This document shows, piece by piece, positions 1 through 11,962 of a DNA stretch of 64,000 nt (position 1 is the first letter of the stretch; each line of letters starts with the position of its first letter). The stretch comes from Macrostomum lignano (lineage: Eukaryota): NCBI GenBank assembly GCA_002269645.1, contig NIVC01000319.1, forward strand, positions 186,001 through 250,000, in the 5' to 3' direction. The translations under genes and the position numbers were made by a program. A model generated the notes under the pieces. The model worked only from the letters and a program-made list of their open reading frames with translations. It ran no database searches and was not told where the DNA came from.

Positions 1-1840
1 AACTCCCTAGTCGCCAGGCGTGCAGGGGCCTGTGTACAGGCGGCCCCGCTCTCAGCCGTGCACCGGTCCGGCCTCCACAATGCCCTCGTTTTTGTCAGCA
101 TCGTTTCGAAAAAATATCTCGAAACCGAGACACCCACAGATACTATATAACATATAGCTGAATAGTATATAACAGATTATATAGTATTTATAGCTCGTAC
201 TACCAAATCATTGTGCTACTCGGTTGAAATTTTAAACGACGCGACACCTCCGTTCATCCGCTTCGCGCTGGTGGAATTTGTTTTGTAGCGAGCGCTGCTA
301 CGGGCTTTCCTCTAAAAGGTTTGAGGCCCGCTGCCCTGTTGTCCAGCCACTTCGGTATTATCCTGAGTGGCGGCAGGTTTGTTTGATTGAGAGGCACCGG
401 TGCTGCAGATGTCTGGTTGAGCAGCCAAGACAGAATCCCGCTTGGCAGCTCAACCGCTGCCGGAGCCCAGTCAGTCCAGCAGCCCTAGAGCTGCCTTGAA
501 CACATGCGGGACGTGAACCCCTGGGTCGGCTTGTGAGTCAGCTTGGAGAGAGTTCTGTCATTCCTGCACCAGAATAGAGGGGGTGCAAGTGTGTAGGATA
601 GCAGACCTTGGCTCGTAAGCCTGTGTAGTCTCATGCTACACAGGCGTGCCGAGCTCACCAATCGCTCAGTGGATCAAATCAGGGACATGGGGGTTTCGTG
701 TGAACTTCCGACTTTTCACCGCATCCGCTGACCGACTTGAGTCATTCTCTACATCGGGTCTTACGGCTGAGATAGAGATTCTGTTAAAGTAGCTCATAGC
801 GACTCACAACAGCAGCCAGACTAGATGAGCCGTCTGCATGTTCTTATACCAAATTTTAGCTTAGATTGACACCAACAGTCTAAATTAAATAAATTAGAAA
901 TGTTACTGGGCACACAAATTTAGCCAAAAAACTCCAAACAGACGCCCAGGTTGCAAGTAGCTTAATAATCGGATTTTGTTGGGTTTGTCAAGAAAAGGCT
1001 TCCAAAATGTTTTGTTAGAGAGCAGCAGTGTTCAAATTTCAGTTTCGTTTTTTAAATTGATTTGTGCAGATTTGCTTTTTGTAGTTGTCCCATAGACAAA
1101 TTTGCTTGGCAAAAATCCGTCAGGAAAAAGTACACAAGAGAGACAGGAAGAGCAGAAATTTCACTGGAACTTTTCGCCTGCAGTTCGGGAAAAAACCTGC
1201 TTACCAAACATCTGAGCGCAAATCGAAAGAGTACAAAGCAGTAAAAAGCAAGACTTTTGCACCTGCTCATCTTTCCCTGAGATAATGACTAAGCCAGCAA
1301 AATACGCTCGGGTCTTCAGACCCTCCTGAATCCAAGTTCTCCGCTGAATGCCTCAAGTGGCTGGGGACGCCTTCACTGCGTCTCATCTTGGCAACGGCGG
1401 ATGCTGGGAGAAACTGATGAGGCGCAATTTATGTGGCGGACTTATTCAAACCCCTAGTTTTGGGCCGCTGGTAGCCGTGCAGCACTGAGCGCGTGAAAGA
1501 GAATGAGTTCCCAGCTGCATCGAGACGTGCGCATTCAATGGCTCCAAATCCTATTGTGAGACTCAGCAACAGTTCTGGGAGATGGAGAGCATTGGTTCTG
1601 CCAGCTGCCTGCTGAATAATTCACCGCTCTGTCTTTTAGTCAGATGGAGTTGCGCACTGCTGGCCTGCCTGCAAGCGGTTTATCTGAACTGACTAAGGCT
1701 GAAGAGTTTTAATACTTGGAAACTTGTTTTACGAGTACACTGTGACTAGCAGTTTTGGATGTTAGTGTTCAGGATAGCGAATACCTCTATCATTAATTTC
1801 ATTGAGGGGTGAATTCACGACTCTGAATGTTTCTAACTTT

Positions 1841-1990
1841 TGGTCCAATCTCAACCTAACAATGGTCCAATCTCAACCTGACAAAATCTCAACCTAACAA
1901 TGGTCTAATCTCAACCTGACAATGGCCCAATCTCAACCTGACAATGGTCCAATCTCAAACTAAAAATGGTCCAATCTCAATCTGACAATG
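1841..1990. repeat. 22-bp minisatellite (AATGGTCCAATCTCAACCTGAC)n, ~6 degenerate copies
   Basis: Directly visible tandem copies. Confidence 0.85.
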
Positions 1991-2409
1991 ACACCAGCAC
2001 AAGAGGGCCAATGCACAAGCGCGCACTTTAGGAAATTTTGCTTCTTTCGGAATCCTCATCGTGTTACGCTTCTTCAACAAACCTAATTATAGCATCAGTA
2101 TAGAAGAATTCCCAATTAACGAGCGTAACTCAAATGTTTGCCCTGCCTGTCATTCCCACATCTCTCGTTGAAGACGGTGAATGTTGGGGAAACTGTGACA
2201 GAATTTATGATGCATCACTTAGAGCTTGTCACTCTCTGCATACATGCAGGCTCCACCTGCTATTGAACCGTAAACTGTTCATGAGATGGAGCGCCTTGCT
2301 TATCTTCCAGCTGCCAGACTGAATAACTGGAACTGGCTTCATTCAAAATTCTTACAGCAATTGTCAATTGCATCGATTGCATCACATTTAGAGCTGACAG
2401 TATTAAATT

Positions 2410-2977
2410 TACAGCTGACAGTGTTAGGTGTTACATGCACAGCTGACAGTGTTACATGCACAGCTGACAGTGTTACATGCACAGCTGACAGTGGTACATG
2501 CACAGCTGACAGTGTTACATGCACAGCTGACAGTGTTACATGCACAGCTAACAGTGTTACATGCACAGCTGACAGTGTTACATGCACAGCTAACAGTGTT
2601 ACATGCACAGCTAACAGTGTTACATGCACAGCTGACAGTGTTACATGCACAGCTAACAGTGTTACATGCACAGCTAACAGTGTTACATGCACAGCTAACA
2701 GTGTTACATGCACAGCTGACAGTGTTACATGCACAGCTGACAGTGTTACATGCACAGCTAACAGTGTTACATGCACAGCTGACAGTGTTACATGCACAGT
2801 TGACAGTGTTACATGCACAGTTGACAGTGTTACATGCACAGCTGACAGTTACATGCACAGCTAACAGTGTTACATGCACAGCTAACAGTGTTACATGCAC
2901 AGCTAACAGTGTTACATGCACAGCTGACAGTGTTACATGCACAGCTGACAGTGTTACATGCACAGCTGACAGTGTTA
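2410..2977. repeat. 21-bp minisatellite (ACAGCTGACAGTGTTACATGC)n, ~27 copies
   Basis: Direct tandem copies; explains the VTCTADS/LHAQLTV repeat ORFs. Confidence 0.97.
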
Positions 2978-2979
2978 CG

Positions 2980-3425
2980 ATTCTCTAGCGCACCGGCCGA
3001 AGAAGCTGTTGATCTCAGCGGCAGTCATTGTGTTGTTCATGATGGCCAAAGAGTGCACGGTATCCTCAAGCATTCGCGAGTCACCACTTCGAAGCATTCG
3101 ATGAGTCGCCCAGTCTGTGATGCAGAGCGCGTCAGGAATCGATGCTCGAGTTTGGAATACCGTAGGAACACCTGCTCTGGCGGCACGAGCACCGATTTTG
3201 AGAAAAACTCTCGGCTGTCGACAGACGCCGACGTGACGCCCATTTAAACAAACTCCGTCGAGTCAAACGTCACGGCTGCCGGCACATGGTTAAAAATCGA
3301 AAAATTCAAGGCTACTCGATCAAATTTGAAAGTTGGCTGTCCGATCCAAAAACCCGCAAGCACATTATCAGAACCACACAGGTGTGTCTCGAGCAGCGTT
3401 GACTCTTTAGCCTGCCGCTTTTAAT
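2980..3425 (-). pseudogene. Pseudogene fragment paralogous to the C-terminal (LamG-like) half of the secreted protein at 11963-13078
   Basis: Minus-strand translation KRQAKESTLLETHLCGSDNVLAGFWIGQPTFKFDRVALNFS...TEFV*MGVTSASVDSREFFS...PPEQV, then in another frame SRMLEDTVHSLAIMNNTMTAAEINSFFG. This aligns by eye with KREIKEAPFLESYEC...AAFWDGSPT...SRVALSFS...FVEVGLTSASLSSRTFFS...PPEQV...SRMLKGTVQAVAVMNGSMTEAEIKLAFG. It has an in-frame TAA (3244-3246) and a frameshift. Confidence 0.8.
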
Positions 3426-3589
3426 GGATAAATGTACATCTCGCTCTCAATGTACGAGTACATTGACGCTAATACACGTGATGCCGTCAGCTATTGATTT
3501 TGGAGCTATGGGGGTGCATGTACATAGCCCTTCTATTTATCTTACTATGCCTACGCGTGCACTCACCATGCACTTCTCACGCATGCACG

Positions 3590-5215
3590 TTGCTCAATAT
3601 GCTCAAATCGGGTGCGGCATCAGTTGCGCCAACATCAAGCTTAAGGCAGAGGCAAACCCCGTCTGCCAACCGCCATCCCGCGTTCCTGTTCACCTGAGAG
3701 CTCATCAAAGAACTCAAAGAGCAACTCGCCCAAGGCATCGTCGAACGTGTGAGTGGTCCAACCGAATGGTGCTCCAGGCAGTTCCAAAGGCTGAGAAGGG
3801 AGAAGTCCGAATCACACAAGGCCTCCGTGAAGTAAAAGAGTACGCTATCCCAGAGAAGCAGCCGATCCCCACGTTCGAGGAATCTGACGAGATGGCAGGG
3901 TCGGTTTACTTTTCGGAGCTGGACGTCACCAAAGCTTTTCATCAGATCGAAGTCGCAGAAGAGTCACGGGCCGTGCTAACGTTCTCCACACCGATCGGTC
4001 TACTACGATTACGCCGTCTCTGCATGGGCTTTACATCAGCTTCTGAAATTTTCAAGCGAGTGATGACCTCCGTCCTCAGTGGCCCCCAAGGCGTACGCTG
4101 GGTGCACGATGACATTCAATAGTATATGCTAGGGACATCAAGGAACACAACCAGCGCCTAAGAGACTGCCTGGCCCGACTGAAAGAGCACAACATCACGC
4201 TGAACCCCAAGAAGAGTCGCTTTGCTCAGCGCGAGGTGGACTTCCTCGCTATGCGACTTTCAGCAGTTGGCATCCACCCAAGCCAGGAGAAAGTGGAAGC
4301 CGTCAACAACTTTAAGCGACCGACCAATCCAACAGAAGTGCGATCGTTCCTCGGCTTGGTCACTTTTGTGGCCCGCTTCATCAGCAACCTATCGGACAGA
4401 GCCAGGCCGTTGCGAGATCTGACGAGGTAAGCCACTGAGTGGACTTGGGGCGAACAGCAAGAAGCCTCGTTCAACGACATTAAGCTAACCATCGCTAGCA
4501 GCCAGGCGCTGGTATTCTTCGACCGCCGCCTCGTATGGCTCTTCGCCTTCAGGATCTGGTCTTCCATCCTGAAGGCGATGGGAGCAAACAACCCATCCGA
4601 TGTACTGAGCCGCCAGCCTGCCAATGCCGCTAAACAACGTCGGGGAGCATGCGGACGCCGTCTACATGGAATCGGCGGTGGAAGCAGCAACCCCAGTGTC
4701 CATTAGCTTAGCAACCAAGACGCCATCACCCAAGCAGCAATCCACGCCATCCGATGCCACCGCTGGGACGAAGGCAACGCGGACCTCAAGGGGCTGCCCG
4801 GCGTGGCTCACGAGCTGTCGGAGACAGATGGTCTGCTTCTGCACAGCAGCCCGCTGTACATGCCCTCGGCGCTGCGATATCGGTGGCGCACCAGGGGCAC
4901 CAGAGCATAAAAAGACTCTGGAGCGCCTGCAAACGAAGGTCTGGTGGCCAGGCATGAAGACATCGGTAGAGGCGCACGTGGCCTCCTGCAGAAGCTGTCA
5001 AGTTTGCACCAGCGCAAGTACACCTGGAGCTACGCCTCTCCCTGAAACCGACTGAACTTCCATACTGGCCCTGGCTCGAACTCGGGATGGACTTCCTGGG
5101 GCCTGTGAACGGCAAGTCACTGCTAGTGTGCACCGACCATTTCTCAAGGTTCCCAGTGGTGGAGATAATGTCCAGCACCACCGCCTCCGCCGTCATCCAG
5201 GTACTCCGTGTCGCG
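3590..5215 (+). mobile_element. Degenerate Ty3/Gypsy LTR-retrotransposon pol fragment (RT, partial RNase H, integrase Zn-finger and start of core)
   Basis: RT motifs ELDVTKAFHQI, RLCMGFTSASEIF, VHDDI (YxDD site); EVRSFLGLVTFVARFI; integrase KVWWPGMKTSVEAHVASCRSCQVC and GMDFLGP...TDHFSRFP. Contains stops, frameshifts and an internal deletion of most of RNase H. Confidence 0.9.
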
Positions 5216-5649
5216 AAATTCTGTTTCACAATATTTTGCCCTTAGAATAATTCACTCTCTTGCCCTCAGGTTTGCCTAGCCTTGTTTGATTTTCTCCCTC
5301 TCTCTCTGTTTGTACTTTGTTAGCGTTTTCTCTATTCCACTATTTATCGATCGGCTAGCCCCCCCCCAATTGGTTTCTTATCTATTCCACCCCTCCCTTT
5401 ATTATTCTCGACTCAACCCCCCTACGTTAGTTTTATAAATCTACATATACTAAATCTCTAATATTTGTTTGTATGCTTGTCCATAACGCTCTAGAGATTG
5501 CAATTCTTCATAATATACTAAATCTCTAAGGTTTGTATGCTTGCTTGCTTGAATGTCCATAATCTAAATATACTAAATCTCTAATATTTGTATGCTTGAA
5601 TGTCCATAACGCTCTAGAGAGAGCAATTCTTGACCTAATTCTTGACCGT

Positions 5650-6100
5650 TTTACCTTGAAAACTAAGCGACACTTGTACACTAGGGTCAAGGAGCACTGG
5701 ACCAAAAGATCTGCTGTACAGGAGCACCTTCTCACAACAGCAAACCGATTGATTTATTTAAGATTATTGATTCTTGCCGCCATGAGCACACTTTGAATAT
5801 CATAAAGGCTATGTACATCAAAGATCAGAACCCGAGCCTAAACTGCCAGCTAGCTATGGGGGGTGCCAGCCGCCAACTCAGCGTGTTTTAGCTTGGAGTG
5901 TACGCTACTGCACCGTGTGTTAGCTTGTTTCGATTGAAAACTACGTACAATAATTTATATTGTGTATTCAACTTATCACAGGTATATTTATTCAACTGTT
6001 TATTAGAATTTTCAATTTCACTACTGCCCTGACGATGACCTACAAGGGTCGAAATGCATTGGCAATTGAATTAAAGTAAATAAAAAACGAATTAATGTTT
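5650..6100 (+). mobile_element. 3' remnant of a Penelope-like element (GIY-YIG endonuclease C-terminus plus 3' tail with hammerhead)
   Basis: KTKRHLYTRVKEH...SAVQEHL and LNIIKAMYIKDQNPSLNCQ match the PLE GIY-YIG C-terminal pattern (T.R.L..R..EH / E...I....P.LN.Q). A hammerhead motif follows ~140 nt after the stop. Confidence 0.75.
6025..6064 (+). ncRNA. Minimal type I hammerhead ribozyme
   Basis: TGCC-CTGACGA-T-GACC-TACAAG-GGTC-GAA-ATGCAT-T-GGCA: stem I TGCC/GGCA, core CUGAnGA, stem II GACC/GGTC, GAAA, palindromic stem III AUGCAU, and an AUU cleavage triplet. Confidence 0.8.
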
Positions 6101-6289
6101 GTTCTCTCTTTCATTTTATTCCTATTTATTAAGCGAGCTCTCTACCAGAATTCTTGACCAATTTTGATCGCGTTTTCACCAAAAGATTTGTAATCAGCCC
6201 AGGATTGTATGGTTAAAATAATATACTAAAAAAATAATAATATAATAATATAAATAATATAATAAATAATAGGACTTTTTACATCTCTT

Positions 6290-8985
6290 AAGCCAGGAAA
6301 TTGAGCTTCGTGAGAAGGCTGTTTCGATTGGCAAGAAGACTGGACACAATCGCGAGCGGTCTGGAGGCTCACCGAAGCCTTCACATTCAACTCTGACAGT
6401 TCAATCTAGCTCGAAGAGCACATCAAAGGAACATGGAAAAGTCTTCTGCACTTACTGCAAGGCTGGACACAAGTCTGAAGATTGTCTTCAATTTGCAACA
6501 GCGGCTAGACGTCGCGAGTTTTTGCACCAGGAAAACCGTTGCTTTCGGTGCTTGCGCACAGGTCATGGTGCTCGCATGTGCAGTGCTCCGCGGCAGTGCA
6601 GATTCTGTGAAGGCGCACATCACGTGAGCATTTGCAACAAGGCTCCAGCTAAAACTGTCATCACTAGGCCTGCCGGTCTAGCTAAGTCTAATAAACCTGC
6701 CGGAAAGCAACTTGGAAGACAGGCAAGGTCGAATAATCAGTGCTTACCTACGACTGCAGTTTCCACTGAGTCCTCACCACCCGATCATTCGGCTCAAGCC
6801 CAACCTGAGGATTCGAACATGCGGTCCAATGCTGGCAGCTCATTCACCGTCTGTGCTACTCATGACGAGCCGGCACCGGTCCCTACACCGAATCAAGTCT
6901 CCGTTCATTTTTCTTCGACCATGTTCCTTAACAGCAATCCTTCCGTGGCCCTTCCTGTTGCCAAAGCTATACTGTTGAGTGCTGATGGTCAGCGAGAGCT
7001 CCTGATTAGGGTGTTGCTCGATACAGCTAGCAACAGATCCTACATCAGAAAGGATGTATGCGACCTCTTAGGCATCACGGCAACCAGGAGTGAGCCATTG
7101 ACTGTGTCGACATTCACTGGTCTCAATACAACAATCGAATCCGGTACTGTCACTTTCTCAATCAGGAAAATAGATTCGCGTTAAGTTCTGAACATCCGTG
7201 CTAATATGGTCAATGATATCTGTCAGCCTCAGCGCTCCGTCTTAGTGAACCAGTTTCCTCATCTGCGCAATTTAGACTTAGCAGCTCCGCATGACTCACG
7301 CGATAAGAGCACGCCAATCTCGGTTCTGATCGGGGCTGATCAATATTACGATATCGTCGGCGGAGAAGTGGTTCGTGGATCATCTGGACCGTCAGCTGTA
7401 TCGTCGAAGTTAGGTTTCGTCCTTTGCGGGCCAGTCAAGTTTCCTGGGGACTCAGGCAGTCCCTCGAACAATTCAGCAGCTGATGGAACGAGTGAAGCTT
7501 CTCAAGTTCTCTGCTGTACAGTTGCAGACCCGCTGACTGTCACTTCTTACTGTGACTTGTCCCGATTCTGGTGCTTAGAAGCTATTGGTATTTCAGAAGT
7601 TCAGTGTCAGTCCTCGATCGATGAATTCGCTTGCGACCCGCAGCTAATCAACGGATGCTACGAAGTCAAGCTTCCTTGGAAGCATCCAGATGGCTCACTC
7701 ATGCTACGCAATCACTTTGATCTCGCATACAAGCGTTTAGACACGACTATGCGCGCTCTCTCACGCCAACCAGGTACAATCGAGAAAGCATTTGCGATCA
7801 TCCGTGAGCAGGAAGCAACAGGCGTCATTGAGAAAGTGCCGGATTATCTTCCTCATAGCTGTGTCGTGAAAGCTGACAGTGAGCACACAAAACTGCGTCT
7901 TTGATGGTTCTGCACGAGCTTTCAGGGAAGATTGTTCAATCAAAGATCATCTACAAGTCTGTCCGACGGATTTTCCTCGCATTCCCGAGATTCTCCTGCG
8001 CTTTCGTCGTAACCCTATTGCTATTCTTGGTGACATTGAGAAAGCATTTCTCCAAATCTCTATTCACGCTAGCGAGCGCGATATGCTGCGTTTTCTGTGG
8101 CCCATTTGACAGACAAGAGACAAATATGGCATTTTCGATTTTGCCGTCTACCATTCGGTTTGACCTGTTCGCCAGGTGTGCTCCGAGCTACCATCCTGCG
8201 CCATCTTGACACGTTTGAGTCTGCTTTTCCGGAATGTGTCGGTATCGTTCGAAAAGACCTTTACGTCGAAAATCTCGTGACCAGTTGTAGTACGGACAAA
8301 GAAGCTCTGGCTTTGTATCATGGCACGAAGAAATTGTTCGATCTTGCTGGTATGAATATGCTTCAGTGGATGTCAAATTCTGCCTCCTTCAACGCACATC
8401 TTCCGGAGCAAGATGTCGATCATGCCAAAAAAGTCCTTGGGCTCGTCTGGTGTTCGAGTAACGACGTCATTCGCATGGATTGCCGTGAATTGGCTTGCGT
8501 TCACAGTGAGCATTGTTCAATTAAGCGTTCAGTACTAAGTCAGCTGGCATCAGTGTACGATCCGCTTGGACTAGTTTCTCCAGCAGTAATCTCTGCCAAA
8601 ATATTGCTTCAGCAGCTGTGTGTCAGACTCAGAAACATCGACTGGGATGAGCCTCTCCCGCCTGACATCTCCCAGGCGTGGCAATCCTGGCAACTGTCTT
8701 GGGATGGTTGCATATTCGAGTTTCCTCGTTATTTATTCCACACGCTTGGTGCCAAGCCAACAAACATTCAACTGCACGGCTTCTGTGATGCTAGCGAGTC
8801 AGCCTTTGCTGCTTGCATCTACGCGCGTGCTGCATCTGCCGATGGCGCCGTCGACACCGTGCTCCTAATGGCTAAGTCTCGCGTTGCGTCACTGCTGAAT
8901 CTGTCCATTGCTCGCTTGGAATTGCTAGGAGCCTTAATACTATCGCGCCTTATGCACTTGGTCTCACAACAATTCCCAGGCACAA
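6290..8985 (+). mobile_element. Degenerate BEL/Pao LTR-retrotransposon gag-pol (3 Cys/His knuckles, protease, RT, Pao peptidase A17/RNase H), truncated before integrase
   Basis: CTYCKAGHKSEDC / CFRCLRTGHGARMC / CRFCEGAHHVSIC; protease VLLDTASNRSYI; RT DIEKAFLQI, RLPFGLTCSP, LYVENLV (mutated YVDN); LHGFCDASESAFAACIY...MAKSRVA...IARLELLGA. Stop at 7182-7184 and frameshifts near 7900 and 8105. Confidence 0.92.
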
Positions 8986-8989
8986 AAAC

Positions 8990-9125
8990 TAGTTTGACTC
9001 GTGAAACTGAAAAGTTTGAGCGGAACACCGAGTGGGGTATGGCACGCCAGCACCTCAATGAGGCTCTGCAGCAGCCACCGATCATCGGTCACCCCGACGT
9101 TTCCAAGGAGTTCCAGCTCCTTGCT
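8990..9125 (+). mobile_element. Short second Ty3/Gypsy pol fragment (RT-RNase H connection)
   Basis: EWGMARQHLNEALQQPPIIGHPDVSKEFQL resembles W...Q.AF..LK.AL..PPIL..PD..K.F.L; it is fused to the BEL ORF end. Confidence 0.55.
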
Positions 9126-9420
9126 GGGCTGGTAGCACCCCTGGAACTGATAGTTTCCTCTGATTTTACCTTTTCGGTTGGTATAATTAATACTAGTTAT
9201 ATTGCAAGAGGGTTCGGGTTATGGGCACCCTGGCGCAACGCTTTCCCCAAAATCGTCACAACCAGCGGTGAATTTTGCGCTTTCTGTTGACTTGCACACA
9301 GCGGCCCTGACTTTCTAACCATGAGGCGCGCACTCTCTGTGCCCTGGGGTCCGGCTCTCATGGCTGTGAACCGTGCGGCAAGCCCAGCGCAAATTTTTGT
9401 GCTCAAGCCCCAAATTGATG

Positions 9421-9495
9421 CGGCCGCGGGCGGAATCGAACCAGGGGTCGTGGCGCGATAGTCAGAGACGCGCCTACCGCTGAGCTGCTCTTCCC
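9421..9495 (-). mobile_element. tRNA-derived SINE head or tRNA pseudogene
   Basis: Reverse complement GGAAGAGCAGCTCAGCGGTAGGCGCGTCTCTGACTATCGCGCCACGACCCCTGGTTCGATTCCGCCCGCGGCCG has an A box and the B box GGTTCGATTCC; acceptor and anticodon stems do not pair properly. Confidence 0.65.
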
Positions 9496-9973
9496 CTTGT
9501 CAGTAGGTAAGGTGGGTGATATTTAAACGCATGATGGTGTACGACCCACAAGAACGACCATTACTTGTTGATCGACGGTTATCTGAATGATCTCCGGTAC
9601 CATTTGTCAAAGAAGATATTCTGGTCTGGGTAAAAACTTCTCCAGCCGTGTCTCAGGTGCGTCGCTTCACTTGCTGAGGCTGAGCACTCTCAGCCAGCCA
9701 GTTTCTGCTTTTCTCAAGCTGTTTTCCATATCGCAAGTTCCCTTCATCCAATTTTAAATCTGTACTCACAGCAAACTCTGCAACAATTGCTTCTTAACTA
9801 CAGAAGAGGCTGCAGAAGCAACCCGTGACAAACAGGCATTTTCCTTCCGTAGAAGCAAGAAACCAACCAAAGCTTCTCATTAAAATTGTCTTCTGTCTAT
9901 TTCTACAAGTTTCGTCTTCACGTGGCCTTCTTGCACGGCTCAGAATTGCGGCAGTGGAGCTGTCTGCTTGGGT

Positions 9974-10048
9974 GGGGGCCGCAGCCCAGTGGTCCAGCGC
10001 GGCGCTCTGGTGTGCCAGCGGTCCAGGCTCGATTCCAAGTGTAGCCAC
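9974..10048 (+). mobile_element. tRNA-derived SINE head or tRNA pseudogene
   Basis: GGGGCCGCAGCCCAGTGGTCCAGCGCGGCGCTCTGGTGTGCCAGCGGTCCAGGCTCGATTCC: A-box-like GCCCAGTGG, B-box-like GGCTCGATTCC, and an imperfect cloverleaf (6-nt anticodon loop). Confidence 0.6.
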
Positions 10049-10399
10049 ATTAATTTCAGGCTAAATTGGAAACTCGGCTTAGGTCTGCTCGTGAAATTAA
10101 CGCCATTGAGGGCCAACCCCCACGGCATACATGCCTAACGATAAATATAAAGTTAGGGCCGCTATACACTCTTGTGTGTGTGCCTGTGTGCTTGTGCGTA
10201 TGACTGCGTACGTATCCTTGCGCTTGTGTGCCTGCTCAGTAGAGTCGGCGGAATAGGCAGTAATGCCTCTCGCCGGTTGTGTGACAATGTCGCTTAAAGT
10301 GAGCCAGCGAGCACCCAGCCCCCGTCTTTATTTGTCAGATCTCAGTCCCGAGTGACGCAATTCACACCAACGCCGCGGTTCTTGTCCCAACTGTGAGTG

Positions 10400-11095
10400 A
10401 TTATTTACGGCGACGCGTGGGTCGACGTCAACCGGAGAGGCGGCTCAGCGTGCTTGGCTACGCCGAAGATCTCGCTTTACTGTCCTCAACTATCGAGGGC
10501 GCCCAGCGACAACTGGACAAGCTAGTTGCTGTTGCAGCGAGTGTGTAGACGAACTGGCGTCCGCGAGGATTTGCGGCGTCGCCGCGGGCTTGCCTGGGCT
10601 GCTTTTCGTTCTGTGAGGGCAGTCCTGCAGTCCGACGCCCTGCCTAACCGCTCGAGGGCGGCGTTGTTCCAGGCGGGGATCGAGACCGTCCTGCTGTACA
10701 ACGCCGAGACCTGGACGCTGACGTAGTCACTGGAGCAACAAGTTGACGCGGCGCACGCTAGCCTGCTGCGCGCCGCCTTCAAGATCGACTAGAGCGAGTG
10801 ACCAACGCGGCTTTGTGTCACCGCGCCGGCCTGTTCCGTCCAAGCGTCCTGTTGCGCCGTCGGCGACTCGAGCTGGCAGGCCTCATCATCCGCACCGAGT
10901 TGTACTGCCCTGAGCCGGTGCAGGAGGTGCTGCTGCTGACGCTGCAGGCACCCTACCGGCGGGGGCAGGCGCGCACTCGGCGTTTCGTCGACTGCCTGCT
11001 GGCTGACGCCGACGCCCCGGATTCGGCCGGCGGCGTGGCGTTCATTCGCGACCTGGCCTTGAGGCCCTGTGACGCTAACTGCGTATTCTGTTGTT
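10400..11095 (+). mobile_element. 5'-truncated, degenerate non-LTR retrotransposon (RTE-like) RT 3' end
   Basis: LGYAEDLALLSSTIEGAQRQL (mutated YADD); RRRGLAWAAF...IETVLLYNAETWTLT...RRRRLELAG..., a typical RTE-clade C-terminus. Contains stops and an internal deletion. Confidence 0.8.
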
Positions 11096-11962
11096 GCTGT
11101 GAGTGATGCAAGTTGCATCACAAGGCCCCAACTTAGGCTGGTGAGGAGAGAGTGGATTTGTGTCTAGAGTTGGATTAAACCTGCCACACCTAGAACGTAA
11201 TTAACATTATGTTAACTAGTACAAAACTTGAAAAACCGCATGGATGGAATTGCGGCCAAATAATGTATTAATGAATGCAGATGGTTTTCAAATAAATGAG
11301 GCGAACCCGAAGGCGGTGGTTCGTTTTCGGGTTGGTTTGTTGTTTGATTTGGTTTATCAGTAGAAGAAAACGATAGCTGTTGAATAATTCTTTTTCTTGA
11401 AGTGTATTTATTGCTGTTTCACTTTACGAAAAATTGAAAAATTGAGTACAGTATAACAATTTTTTTCGTAAATAATAACTAATTTGTACTGTAGTGCTGT
11501 CGTTCTAAAGTTATTTTCCTGTGGGTAAATATTTGCAAATGTGAGGGTAATCAACAGAAAAGCATAGGAAAAAACTTTGGAACTTAACTTGAACTTTATT
11601 GAAAAATTTTGACCAACTTTTGTCCGGTGGGTCTTGAGTTGCCAAATGTAGGGAATTTATCGCCTGAAAAAATCGGCTTTTATGACTTCAGTTTATCAGT
11701 TTAATGGATAAAATTTGCTGGATAAGTTAGGCTGAGCTGTCAGTTGACTCAGATCTCAAGTTTTTCTACCACATGATGCTGATTTTCCAAAAAGCGGCGT
11801 GAGCTGCACGATTAGATCTCGATTCACAAGCAAAGGTTAAACGCAGACTTTTAACTTCTTTCCAGATGAGTCAGTTTTTCAAGTTGTTTTTCAACGCAGT
11901 AATATATCGAGTAGGCAAAATTTTGGATTGCAACGACAGCACAGAGCCGATGAGTACCGTTG

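Noticed and set aside
278-700. Possible exons or TE ORF at the window start
   Set aside because: Splice-like sites exist but no motif was recognised, so a call cannot be supported.
1414-1445. Second hammerhead at CTGATGAGGCGC...
   Set aside because: No GAAA after a stem II and no closing stems.
2286-2988. Long repeat ORFs on both strands (also at 15439-16348, 21533-22353, 27303-27959, 28597-29736, 42471-43375, 53649-54683, 58569-59168)
   Set aside because: They are translations of stop-free tandem arrays, mostly inside introns, open in several frames at once; there is no evidence of coding.
9421-10048. Two functional tRNA genes
   Set aside because: A/B boxes are present but acceptor and anticodon stems are defective; better explained as SINE heads or pseudogenes.
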